Assembly: GCA_963699175.1 (NCBI GenBank)
Contig: OY969418.1
Coordinates: forward strand, 7,730,689 to 7,794,688
Direction: 5' to 3'
Length of the DNA stretch: 64,000 nt
Source: an uncultured Acidobacteriota bacterium
GTDB lineage: Bacteria; Acidobacteriota; Blastocatellia; RBC074
A model generated the notes under the pieces. It was not told the origin of the DNA. It ran no database searches and was given only the letters and a program-made list of their open reading frames with translations. Position 1 is the stretch's first letter; every line of letters starts with the position of its first letter. A program made the translations under genes and the position numbers. Of this stretch, positions 18,977 through 27,938 are shown piece by piece.

Positions 18977-20128
18977 TCAAGCGCGTTTGCGCAATTCGCT
19001 GCGCAAACTGCCGCGCGCCACGTCAATTACTACTTCAGCATTGAACACACGCTGGAAATTATCAAACGCGGCCTGCTCGACCGCCGCGACCAGATTCGCA
19101 TGCAAGCCACGCGCGCCTGTGCCACGTTTCAAGCTGCGTTCGATGATGTAATCGAGCGCAGCCTCGGTGATGGTCAGTTGCAAGCTTTCGAGTTGAAACT
19201 CGCGCACGAATTGCGGCAGAACATTTTCGCTCAGAATCTGTTTCAGCGTCGTAGGGGATAACGCTTGAAAACGCACGATGCGCGCGAATCGCCCCATCAA
19301 TTCGGGCAGAAAGCCGTAGCGTTGAAAGCCCTCGATTTCTTCCAACACAGGCGCGTCCTGGGCGTGAGCGCCGGACTTGCCGTGGAAGCCGATGGTTTTG
19401 CTGTGGGACTTCAAGACCTGCTCCATGCCAGAGAAGGTGCCACACGCGATGAACGGCAGGTCGCGCGTCGAAAGCGGCGCGCGTTGGCCGTAGGCCGAAT
19501 AGCCAAAATCCATCGGCACCATCACGTCCGTGCCTTCCAACAGCTTGAGCAATTCGCGCTGTACGCCGTAGCCCGACACATCTTTCGTCGTGCCTTCACC
19601 GGCAAAACGCGCATTGCTGGTGGACGAGGCCAGCTTGTCGAATTCGTCCAGACAGATCACTCCGCATTGCGCCAGCAATAGATCGCCTTCCGCCGCGTAG
19701 ACCAGGCGCGTCAGAATCGTGTGCACGTCATCGCCTACATAACCGCTCTCGGTAAAACTGGTCACGTCCACAATCAGCGTCGGCAGATGAAAGAGCTGTT
19801 GAAAGAGCGATTCGACCAAGAAGGTCTTGCCACTGCCGGTCGGGCCGACGAGCAAGGTGTTCTGTTTGGGCGGCACGTGACGGCGCGGCTCATCGTCTAC
19901 GTGCAGCCGTTTCAGGCGTCGCACGTGACGATAGGCCATCAGCGCGAGCGCGCGGCGCGGCTCCGGCTGCCCTTTATAGCCCAATTGTTCCAACCGCTCG
20001 TAAATTTCCGGCGGCGCAATCAACGGCAGCGCGCGAATGAACTCACGCAGATTTTCGCGTTCCTGCCGCGACGGTTCGCGCGCCGACTGCATAGGGTCAT
20101 CGTCATCAAAAGGGAAGTTCAAAAGCAC
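18977..20128 (-). CDS. ClpX-family AAA+ unfoldase paralogue lacking the N-terminal C4 zinc-binding domain
   Basis: It has Walker A GPTGSGKT, pore loop ESGYVGDDV, Walker B ICLDEFDKL, the IGF-type loop KTIGFHG and sensor-2 GARGL. The N-terminal 90 aa have no Cys and there is no RKH loop. The exact start is uncertain (GTG 20128 / TTG 20122 / ATG 20092). Confidence 0.75.
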   Translation of the reverse strand: MLLNFPFDDDDPMQSAREPSRQERENLREFIRALPLIAPPEIYERLEQLGYKGQPEPRRALALMAYRHVRRLKRLHVDDEPRRHVPPKQNTLLVGPTGSGKTFLVESLFQQLFHLPTLIVDVTSFTESGYVGDDVHTILTRLVYAAEGDLLLAQCGVICLDEFDKLASSTSNARFAGEGTTKDVSGYGVQRELLKLLEGTDVMVPMDFGYSAYGQRAPLSTRDLPFIACGTFSGMEQVLKSHSKTIGFHGKSGAHAQDAPVLEEIEGFQRYGFLPELMGRFARIVRFQALSPTTLKQILSENVLPQFVREFQLESLQLTITEAALDYIIERSLKRGTGARGLHANLVAAVEQAAFDNFQRVFNAEVVIDVARGSLRSELRKRA

Positions 20129-20246
20129 CTCCGGGAAAAACAGACTTCAGCCCCCAGATTTTAGCCCGACAATTCGGTCACGAACATACGAACTGCGACA
20201 AGATCTGATTTTTAATGTCTGTGTCTTTGGTCTGAGGCGCTATCAT

Positions 20247-21530
20247 CTACTTTCGCGTGCTTGCGCGCAAATCTTTTTCCGCACCATGTTGCGTGTGGCA
20301 AGCGATACAACGCACATTACCTTGTTTAAGCGAGTTCGTGGCAGCCCACTGCGCCAGCTCAGCGGCCAGTTCCGGATGTAAACGATGACATTGCGCGCAC
20401 GATTCGCGTACATTGTGCCACAGCTCCTTGCCTTCCATACCACCCAGATGGCAATCGCTGCATTGGGTGCGGCCTTGCTGCCGGCCTTGCGTGTGCAGCA
20501 TGTGGAATTGCTCGCGCAGGTTGTAATCCGCCGTGTGCTTGGGCAAGGCGCGGCGTTGCCATTCGGCTTGCGCGAGACCGTCCCACGACCAGAGGCCGTT
20601 TTTGACCGGATAACGGACTGGCACCTGATGCGGCGAGCCAGCCGGCTTGTTTTCTGTTGTGCCGCTCTCTGCCAGATGGCAATTTGTGCAGACAGCATTG
20701 GCGACTAATCCAGGTTGAAAGGCGCTGCCGCGATGTTCAGCGTGACAAGTCAGACAAGTCAAGCCGAGCTTCGCATGCGTGTTGCCAATCTCAGATCGAA
20801 AAGCAGGTGTGGTGTGACAGCTTGCGCAATTTTTTTGCATTGAGCCAATCAAGACGTGACAGCTTACACACGAGCCGCCGCTGGCGCCCACCGCAACAGC
20901 GGTTGAGTTGGTGAGAGCGTTGCGAGTGTGCGCCGCAGAAAGTGCCGCCGGAGCAAACGCGCGCGGAAAGGCGAAGGCCGCAAAAATTGCAATCAGCGCA
21001 GTGGCCAGCAGGACGCCTACGACTAAACCCCACGTCCAGCGGCGGCGCAGGTCAGCAGTAGGTTGCCAGGCGAATTGTGCGTCGGCGGGCAGGGTTGTCT
21101 GTACCGCTTCAGCCGTTTGCAAGCGACGCGCCCAGTAATTGCTCAAGGCGTTTTCATCTGTGGGTGTGACTTCTTTCGGCGCTACGGTGGCCGCTGTGTC
21201 ACTGGCTGGCTCAAGCAGAAATTCAACGGTGATTTGCAACAGTTCTCCAATCACCGAGCAATGCAGCCGATATGCGCCGAGCAGCAACGCGTCGCCACTG
21301 GTGAGCGGCGCGTGGTTGACCGGTTCGCTGTTGAGCAAGAGACTCGATTCTGCGAGCGCGGAAATCCAATACGCACCATCCTGCAGTGTGATGCCCGCGT
21401 GAAAGGGCTGCACCGTAGGATGATTGAGCTGCAAATCGCACACTGCTGCGCGCCCGATCAGCAAACCTTCGCTATGGAGCGAACTGGGATCAGCCTGGTA
21501 ATCAGTGCGAAGAATGCGGAAAGTAGCCAT
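20247..21530 (-). CDS. FHA domain - single TM - periplasmic heptahaem c-type cytochrome
   Basis: The N-terminal FHA-like segment is LLIGRAAVCDLQLNHPTVQPFHAGITLQDGAYWI. The TM is WGLVVGVLLATALIAIFAAFAF. The seven CxxCH motifs are CVSCH, CASCH, CLTCH, CTNCH, CSDCH, CAQCH and CIACH. Confidence 0.8.
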   Translation of the reverse strand: MATFRILRTDYQADPSSLHSEGLLIGRAAVCDLQLNHPTVQPFHAGITLQDGAYWISALAESSLLLNSEPVNHAPLTSGDALLLGAYRLHCSVIGELLQITVEFLLEPASDTAATVAPKEVTPTDENALSNYWARRLQTAEAVQTTLPADAQFAWQPTADLRRRWTWGLVVGVLLATALIAIFAAFAFPRAFAPAALSAAHTRNALTNSTAVAVGASGGSCVSCHVLIGSMQKNCASCHTTPAFRSEIGNTHAKLGLTCLTCHAEHRGSAFQPGLVANAVCTNCHLAESGTTENKPAGSPHQVPVRYPVKNGLWSWDGLAQAEWQRRALPKHTADYNLREQFHMLHTQGRQQGRTQCSDCHLGGMEGKELWHNVRESCAQCHRLHPELAAELAQWAATNSLKQGNVRCIACHTQHGAEKDLRASTRK

Positions 21531-21533
21531 AGC

Positions 21534-23738
21534 TTAGCGCCAACTGAAATAGATCACCTGCCACAAGTGAATCACGAGCAAAGCAAGCATTGCGCTGGCG
21601 CAGACTATGTGCGGCCACAACCACCACCGCAACAGCCGCTGGCCCAAAATCAAGCGGTTCAAACGCGACAATGACGCGCGCTCTTCGTCCGTTGCCGCTT
21701 GCGCGGCCAACTGCTGGCGCAACGCCGCGCGGCGCTCAAGCAGGTCTTCCAGCAAGAGCGGCTGCTGTTCCCATTTCGTCAGCCAGCGCGGCACGAGCAG
21801 ATACAGCAACTGTCCCAGTCCACCCGTTAAAAACGCCAAGCCGGAAGTCAGCGCCAGCCATTTGGTCAGTGGACTGCTCAAACTTCTGCCGCAGTGCAGC
21901 GCAAAGAGCAACGCCGTCGCCAACCCCGCGTAGTTGTGCGCGAGCAGCCAATAGTGCAGCAAACCCGCGCGGCGCGTCTGGGTTCGTTTGCGCCAGACGT
22001 AGGTCAATACACCGGCTAAGCCTGCCATACCAACCAAACCCGTCAGCCAATGCCAGCCGCGCCCTGTGCTAAGTGGAGGCGCAGCCGCTTGCCGATTCCA
22101 CCAAACCAGCGCGGTCAGCAAGACCGTCACGGCTGCGCCCACTCCGTGCAACAAGGACAACAGCCGGCGATTGCGTCGCGTTTCAGGCAATGAATGCGGC
22201 GCGCCAAGCCGCTTTCGGCGCGCCTGTTGCAGCGTTGCGCCAGTGATCGTGCCGAGTTCGGCGAAGCTTTCGCCAGGCTTGACGCGCTGCAACGCACCTG
22301 TCGGACAATTCTCCACACAGCCATAAAGGTGTCGCTGGTGGCCATTGGCGTTTAACTCCGTGCCCACGCACAAATCGCACTTTACCGCCAACCGCTCTCC
22401 CGCTCTTTCAGCTTCACGCGGTATCAATGCAATTGCTCCATAAGGACAGCGCGCCGCGCAATCGCCGCAGCCGATGCAAGTTTGTGCGTTGATCTCGACG
22501 CGCCCATCGGGCAATTGTTTGATCGCGCTCGTCGGGCAGCCGTGCAAGCATTCCGGCTGCTGGCAATGATGGCAGGCGGCGGGCACGATCAATGTTTCCA
22601 ATGACGCGCGCTCATTCGCTTGAGGCAGTCTGGTAGGGCGGGTGAGTGTGAGGCCGCGCCGGACGAGGCGCGTTTGGCCGTGCAAGGTGTGACAGGCCAG
22701 CGAACAATTGCCGCAGCGGATGCAGGTCTCGGAGTCAATCGTCAGCAGATTGGCGGTGGCGGCCACGCCAGTGGTGATGAGACGGTCTTGTGCGGCGGCA
22801 ATCGGCAAGGGCTGGCGCTGATGAGCGAGTGTGGCAGGCGGCGCGATTTTTTTGAGCGCAGTAGTGATGTCTTCGATCAATTCGGACTCTTCGCGCAAGA
22901 GCGCCAGGGAAATTTCCAGCACTTCGACTCGGCTTATGGCTGTCGCAGTTTGCGGCCAATTTACTTCACCCGTCGCACCTTCCAGCCCGAAACAATAACC
23001 TGCGCCAAGGTATTCTGCCTGCGCTACCGCAGCCCAGTCGGTCGCGTTCATCGCGGCGTCTTCGGCCGTAGCCCCTTCATTGATTTTGCTCAGCTTCACC
23101 CAGCCGGACTTGATGATATAGAGCCGCCGGATCGGCTCGCCCTCACGAAAGAGCGTGTGCTGTTTTTCGTAGGCGTGGAATTGCGACATGGTCGCCAGTT
23201 TGTTGAGCGATTCTGTGTCGAGACGCGTGGCAGAGGCCAAGTCCTGCAGGGTCAGCGCGCGGTTGTTGCGGCGGTAAGCTTTGTCGAGCGCCACTGCAAA
23301 CAGTGGCACTTTGCGCAGTAAGCGCAAGGCCGGGCGTTGCACTTCGAGCACTGTCACGGAGCTGTCTTTGGGTGCGCAGACCGTCGCCGTGCGCGGCAGA
23401 TTGGCCAGTACGGTCATTTCGCCGAAGAGCGCGCCCGCCTGCAACTCGCCCACCTTCGCCCAGCCGCGCCGCACGTAGACTTCCGCCGGGCCGTCCACCA
23501 CGAAGTAGAAACGGTCGCCCAATTCGCCTTCGCGCACGATCTCTTCCGTCGGCTCGTAGATGAGCAGGCGCAGATAGGGCGCGACCGGTTGTCCGGCGTA
23601 GACGTGCCCGCGCGTAAGTGCATCCAGCTCGGCTTCGGCCAGGCCGCTTACCGTTGCCGGTTGCAACATCCCTGCTAATGCGGCAGTCTTCGCTATAGCA
23701 GCAAGCACATCATTGTGATCGGTGTTCTCCTGCGGCAT
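21534..23738 (-). CDS. Two cyclic-nucleotide-binding domains + NrfC/DmsB-like four-cluster [4Fe-4S] ferredoxin module + C-terminal 5-TM His-rich membrane domain
   Basis: The cNMP-like motifs are FGEMTVL...RTATV and YCFGLEG. The cluster motifs are CIRCGNCSLAC, CHHCQQPECLHGCP, CIGCGDCAARCP and CDLC...CVENCP. Five hydrophobic helices carry His residues (LAHNYAG, ALHCG, WPHIV, VIHLW). The stop is 3 nt from the next gene's start. Confidence 0.75.
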   Translation of the reverse strand: MPQENTDHNDVLAAIAKTAALAGMLQPATVSGLAEAELDALTRGHVYAGQPVAPYLRLLIYEPTEEIVREGELGDRFYFVVDGPAEVYVRRGWAKVGELQAGALFGEMTVLANLPRTATVCAPKDSSVTVLEVQRPALRLLRKVPLFAVALDKAYRRNNRALTLQDLASATRLDTESLNKLATMSQFHAYEKQHTLFREGEPIRRLYIIKSGWVKLSKINEGATAEDAAMNATDWAAVAQAEYLGAGYCFGLEGATGEVNWPQTATAISRVEVLEISLALLREESELIEDITTALKKIAPPATLAHQRQPLPIAAAQDRLITTGVAATANLLTIDSETCIRCGNCSLACHTLHGQTRLVRRGLTLTRPTRLPQANERASLETLIVPAACHHCQQPECLHGCPTSAIKQLPDGRVEINAQTCIGCGDCAARCPYGAIALIPREAERAGERLAVKCDLCVGTELNANGHQRHLYGCVENCPTGALQRVKPGESFAELGTITGATLQQARRKRLGAPHSLPETRRNRRLLSLLHGVGAAVTVLLTALVWWNRQAAAPPLSTGRGWHWLTGLVGMAGLAGVLTYVWRKRTQTRRAGLLHYWLLAHNYAGLATALLFALHCGRSLSSPLTKWLALTSGLAFLTGGLGQLLYLLVPRWLTKWEQQPLLLEDLLERRAALRQQLAAQAATDEERASLSRLNRLILGQRLLRWWLWPHIVCASAMLALLVIHLWQVIYFSWR

Positions 23739-23885
23739 AAAATCTAGTTGTAGGTGAATTCAATCAGTGATGCAAAGTCGGAGTGCCTTTTTACTGCAAA
23801 ACGCGCGGCTTGCATAGTGGCAGCCGGCGGTAATCATCAACTTGCACTTGAAATTCTCGCTTGGTGGCAAGACTGGTCATAACAA

Positions 23886-24407
23886 ATGCAGATTAGCACC
23901 CGCTATTTACTCGTCCCGGTCGCCCTGCAGATGTTGTGTATGGCGTTGGATGAGTTCTATTTTCACTGGCAACGCGAACTGCCGCGCTGGGAGCGCCTGG
24001 GGCATCCGCTCGATACCTTGACGGTGTTGGTGTGTTACGCTTGGCTGTTGATGGTGCCACCAGGCGCGCTGGCGCTCGGCGTCTATGCAGGTCTGTGCGT
24101 CTTTTCGTGTTTGTTTGTGACGAAAGATGAATTAGTGCATCGGCAGCATTGCCAAGCGGGCGAGCACTGGTTGCATGCGATGCTCTTCATTTTGCATCCA
24201 CTGAGTCTGCTCAGTGCCGGGTTGCTGTGGCCAGCTTGGCACGAAAGCACACTCTCTTTTATCCGCTACGAAGGATTTGAGCGCGCCTTCTTATTGATCA
24301 ACGCGCTGCTGACCTTCGGCTTCGGACTCTATCAACTGATCTACTGGAACTTCGTATGGCCATTGTCAAATCCGGTCAAGTCAACAACGAGATCTACCAC
24401 CAGCTAG
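23886..24407 (+). CDS. Small His-rich integral membrane protein (possible membrane di-iron hydroxylase-like)
   Basis: 173 aa with about 4 TM segments. The His clusters are DEFYFH, GHPLD, DELVHRQH and EHWLHAMLFILH. The function is an inference only. Confidence 0.4.
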   Translation: MQISTRYLLVPVALQMLCMALDEFYFHWQRELPRWERLGHPLDTLTVLVCYAWLLMVPPGALALGVYAGLCVFSCLFVTKDELVHRQHCQAGEHWLHAMLFILHPLSLLSAGLLWPAWHESTLSFIRYEGFERAFLLINALLTFGFGLYQLIYWNFVWPLSNPVKSTTRSTTS

Positions 24408-25114
24408 GCGAGCAGTGGTATACGGCACGGGACAATCCGGTAGCCTTGCTACGCGCCGAAGCGCGTGCGCGCAATCCGTGGATCACCGGAATGATTCACC
24501 GCGCCTTTCCGGCTGGTGAGGTCAAGGTATTGGACATCGGCTGTGGCGGCGGCTTTCTGTCGAATTATTTGGCGCGCGAAGGTCTGATTGTGACGGGACT
24601 GGATGCGGCGGCTGAGAGTTTGGCCGTCGCGCGGCGCTATGATGTGACAGGCAGTGTGAACTACGAATTGGGCGACGCCTACCGCCTACCTTATCAAGCG
24701 GGCACATTTCAAACGGCCTGCGCGTTGGATTTTCTCGAACACGTGGATGAGCCGAGGCGCGTGATTGATGAGGCGGCGCGTGTGTTGCAACCCGGCGGTC
24801 TATTCTTCTTCTCGACCTTCAACCGCAATCTCATCTCCTGGCTCTTCGGGATCAAGGGCGTGGAGTGGTTTGTCAAAAATACGCCGCCGCGTATGCACCA
24901 GTTGAGCTACTTCATCAAACCAGCGGAATTGCGCGCGATGTGCCAGCGGAGCGGTTTGCACGTTTCCGAACTACATGGCCTTGTGCCGCGCTTGAATCGC
25001 GCGTTTTGGCGCATGCTGGTGCGGGGCGAGGTGGGCGATGACTTTGCTTTTCGTTTCTCGCGCAACACGCTGACCGATTATATCGGGCTGGCAGTGAAGC
25101 GCGAGCTCAAGTAA
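24356..25114 (+). CDS. UbiG-like class I SAM-dependent O-methyltransferase
   Basis: VLDIGCGGGFLSNYLAREGLIVTGLDAAAESLAVAR, ALDFLEHV and LQPGGLFFFSTFNR resemble UbiG. It overlaps the upstream ORF by 52 nt. Confidence 0.7.
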   Translation: MAIVKSGQVNNEIYHQLGEQWYTARDNPVALLRAEARARNPWITGMIHRAFPAGEVKVLDIGCGGGFLSNYLAREGLIVTGLDAAAESLAVARRYDVTGSVNYELGDAYRLPYQAGTFQTACALDFLEHVDEPRRVIDEAARVLQPGGLFFFSTFNRNLISWLFGIKGVEWFVKNTPPRMHQLSYFIKPAELRAMCQRSGLHVSELHGLVPRLNRAFWRMLVRGEVGDDFAFRFSRNTLTDYIGLAVKRELK

Positions 25115-25862
25115 ACACGCTCGCCGCGCGTGCCACAGTCAACACGTTGACAGCCTTTGCGCCGCCTTCCAATAGGGCCTGAGCAATTTCGTGGGCGGTC
25201 GTGCCGGTGGTCATCACATCATCAACCAGCAAGACAACGCGCTGGGCGATCAAGCGCGGAGCGTGCACGCGGAAGGCTCGGTGCAGCGATTTAGCGCGTT
25301 CCCGCGTATCCATCCCGGCGCGATGGCGTTCGGTGGCTTTGACACGCAGCAGGCTGGCCGTATCCACACGCAAGCCCGTCTGCCTGGCTAACACATCGGC
25401 AATCAGTTCAGCTTGGTTGAAGCTGCGTTCAGCTAAACGGGTCGGATGAAGCGGAACAGGGATGATTGATTCACACTGCTGCAACACGGGATGAGCAGCG
25501 AAGGTCGCACAGATCAACTGGCGCAGACGCAAGGGAATTTGCGGATGAGCTTTCAGCCATAAGACACTCTCCAACAGCGCGCCATCATAAACACCACAAG
25601 CGCGTGCTGCGCTAAAAGCAAAATCGCGGCAGCTTCCACACTCGCGTTCAACGAGTCGCAAATGCGGTGCGAGCGGAGGTAGCGGCACGCCACACTTCAC
25701 GCATAGCTTGTGCTGTTGCCAATCGCTGGCTGTTTTCTCCCAACATTGCGCACAAGCCACGCCATCGCGCCAAGACTCGATATGACTGTCACAGACGCGA
25801 CACTCAGTCGGATAAAGCACGCTTAGCGCAGCATCGCGCACGCCAGCCAATGGCCCTGCCAT
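25107..25862 (-). CDS. comF: ComF-family phosphoribosyltransferase-like protein
   Basis: There are N-terminal Cys pairs (CRVC..CAQC, CVKC) and a PRTase loop VVLLVDDVMTTGTT. The ATG at 25862 is preferred over the TTG at 25889. Confidence 0.8.
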   Translation of the reverse strand: MAGPLAGVRDAALSVLYPTECRVCDSHIESWRDGVACAQCWEKTASDWQQHKLCVKCGVPLPPLAPHLRLVERECGSCRDFAFSAARACGVYDGALLESVLWLKAHPQIPLRLRQLICATFAAHPVLQQCESIIPVPLHPTRLAERSFNQAELIADVLARQTGLRVDTASLLRVKATERHRAGMDTRERAKSLHRAFRVHAPRLIAQRVVLLVDDVMTTGTTAHEIAQALLEGGAKAVNVLTVARAASVFT

Positions 25863-25984
25863 TGTGGATAGCTTTTGCAGTTGTCTCAACTCAACTACCG
25901 GCTATGGATGATTTGATGAGCGGAAAGCGGCTGAGCCAGCGATGCTCGAAGCGAATCACGATCTCCAATCCTCAAGCCTCTGGT

Positions 25985-26389
25985 TCAAGCGCGCGGTCGG
26001 ACGTTTTCACGGATGTATTTGATAATCTCTTCGGTAGAAGTGCCGGGCAAAAAGACCGCGTCAACGCCGCGTTCTTTCAGCTTAGGAATGTCGTCTTCAG
26101 GAATGATCCCACCGCCGAAAAGCAGCACATCATCCATTTCCTTTTCGCGCATCAACTCGCGGACGCGCGGAAAGATCGTCATATGCGCGCCCGACAAGAT
26201 CGAAAGCCCGATGATGTCTACATCTTCCTGCAAGGCCGCATTGACGATCTGTTCGGGCGTCTGGCGCAAGCCGGTGTAGACGACCTCCATCCCTGCATCA
26301 CGCAGCGCACGCGCGATGACTTTCACCCCACGGTCGTGACCGTCGAGGCCGGGTTTGGCTAATAGGACTCGGATTTTTGTTTCAGACAT
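25985..26389 (-). CDS. Methylmalonyl-CoA mutase, cobalamin-binding small subunit/domain
   Basis: [36 protein letters not shown] contains the DxHxxG B12-binding motif. 134 aa. Confidence 0.9.
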   Translation of the reverse strand: MSETKIRVLLAKPGLDGHDRGVKVIARALRDAGMEVVYTGLRQTPEQIVNAALQEDVDIIGLSILSGAHMTIFPRVRELMREKEMDDVLLFGGGIIPEDDIPKLKERGVDAVFLPGTSTEEIIKYIRENVRPRA

Positions 26390-26672
26390 AGCGGTCAGTA
26401 GTTGGGAAACAATGTAGGTTAGCCAGAGCGCAATGGAAAGCGATTATTGTTGCTCTTCCTTCCTATCAGTTCGAGAATGTCGAGGAGATTGTAGCGCAGC
26501 GTACCGAGCATCGCCAGATGTTGCGCCATTTCGATGATGTGCCCGTTCCTCTGCAATATCCCGTAATCTGGTGGCAGCGGTCTCCGACTCAGCGCGCCCG
26601 CCTTTCATCAGCGGCACCAAGGACAGTCAGAAATTTGAAGGCTTAGTCGTAAGGCTTCGTGTGCATAACCGG

Positions 26673-27089
26673 TTACGGCTGTTTCTTGTAATCAATTTGC
26701 CAGACGCGCAACAGTTGCGCGAAGCCGTCATCGTGCGAGGTGGTGAAATCAACAATCTGAAGTTGTGGCAACACCCAGGAGAGATCCCTTTCCCGGCAGT
26801 GTGCGTATCGCAGCGGGACAATCTTGCCGTCAAACCGATCTTGCAATATGGCGTCGTTGAGTTCGTACTTGACCCACCTCGATTTGACTGAATTGGGGGA
26901 GAGAATGACGATAAACCAATCACAACGTTCAAGCGCTGCGCCGATTTCACCCAGCCATTGTTGGGCGGCAGTGATATTGGTTGGACTGTACCAAACAACC
27001 AACCCGTGTTGTCGGAGTGTGTCAGCCACATGCATCGCAAAGGCTTGGTCATCGCTGGAATGGGAGAGGAAAATTTCTTTCGGCAACAT
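26673..27089 (-). CDS. Stand-alone TIR-domain protein
   Basis: 138 aa. The TIR opening is EIFLSHSSDDQAFAMHVADTLRQHGLVVWYS. SPNSVKSRWVKYELNDA contains the SxW..E context of the catalytic Glu of TIR NADases. Confidence 0.8.
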   Translation of the reverse strand: MLPKEIFLSHSSDDQAFAMHVADTLRQHGLVVWYSPTNITAAQQWLGEIGAALERCDWFIVILSPNSVKSRWVKYELNDAILQDRFDGKIVPLRYAHCRERDLSWVLPQLQIVDFTTSHDDGFAQLLRVWQIDYKKQP

Positions 27090-27134
27090 AAGGGTAGCTA
27101 ACCGGCTGGTGTTGACGGCCAGACAAGCGCCTGC

Positions 27135-27938
27135 TTAGGCTGCGGCTTTTAGCGCCGCGACAATTTGATTGAGGTCTTCGCCCTGGCCGTTATTGGGCAG
27201 GGTGATCATGTTTAAGCGCCGCAAAATCCAGGGAATCTTGTTTTGGGGAATTTGTTTAGGATCGCCTACCAGCACTGGAATCAAGCGGTGTTCATAGGCG
27301 CGGTTGCCCAGCGCATACTCGATGTCCTTCTTGACGTCGTCCAGCGAGTCGGGCGAGAGCAGGACGACCATCGCATTGGATTCTTCGAGCGCCTTGCCTC
27401 TGATTTTGGCCCAATTGTCGCCGGGGAAAATTTCGCGGTCGGCATACCACACGTCTAAGTCGGAGTCTTTCAGCCTTGCCTGAATTTTGAGCGCGAGCGT
27501 TTTATCGCTCGGCGAGTAACTGAGGAAAACTTTTAGCTCATCACGTGCGGGCGGGCCAATAACAGCCTCAACTGCTCTCAACAAACTCTCTAGTCCCTCG
27601 CGCTTACTGCATAGAGAAACATTACTTCCATTTGCTGGTGAAAGGAGTTCACGCACTAAATCTACAGTCACCTCCAGATACGCCGTCAAGATGATCTTAG
27701 GCAAAGTGTCATCAAGTTGTTTGGCGAATACCAAACCGGAGAGATCCTTTTCGTCTGCATCATCTTGGAGACGGACATCAAAGATCGCCAAGTCTAGATA
27801 CTTTTGTCCTGCTGTAGTTATTGCTTCTTCAAGGCTTGAAGCTACTAGGACTTGATAACCCTTACGTTCAAGAAATTCTTGAACAGTTTCACGATAATCA
27901 GGATCATTGTCCACCAACAGGATTTTTTTTGTTTCCAT
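27135..27938 (-). CDS. Response-regulator receiver (REC) domain fused to a C-terminal TIR domain
   Basis: The REC domain has KILLVDNDPD (acidic pocket), LAIFDVRL (Asp54 acceptor), IILTAY (Thr85) and Lys112. The TIR domain has KVFLSYSPSDKTLALKIQARLKDSDLDVWYADREI...VVLLSPDSLDDVKKDIEYAL. An AGGAG SD lies upstream of the ATG. Confidence 0.8.
   Translation of the reverse strand: METKKILLVDNDPDYRETVQEFLERKGYQVLVASSLEEAITTAGQKYLDLAIFDVRLQDDADEKDLSGLVFAKQLDDTLPKIILTAYLEVTVDLVRELLSPANGSNVSLCSKREGLESLLRAVEAVIGPPARDELKVFLSYSPSDKTLALKIQARLKDSDLDVWYADREIFPGDNWAKIRGKALEESNAMVVLLSPDSLDDVKKDIEYALGNRAYEHRLIPVLVGDPKQIPQNKIPWILRRLNMITLPNNGQGEDLNQIVAALKAAA

Noticed and set aside
18977-20128. Initial impression that the ClpX paralogue lacks the ClpP-docking IGF loop
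   Set aside because: On re-reading, KTIGFHG is present at the expected position. Only the zinc-binding domain and RKH loop appear to be missing.
26390-26672. Short ORFs in the TIR / B12-subunit spacer (a 54-aa ATG ORF and a frame reading ...IIEMAQHLAMLGTLRYNLLDILE...)
   Set aside because: They fall below the ORF-track threshold, have no recognisable motif or RBS, and could be a gene remnant. The evidence is insufficient to annotate them.
26673-27938. TIR pair considered as a Thoeris system
   Set aside because: No ThsA-like effector (SIR2, Macro/SLOG or TM effector) is adjacent, so I do not call it Thoeris. It is kept as an uncharacterised TIR module in the findings.
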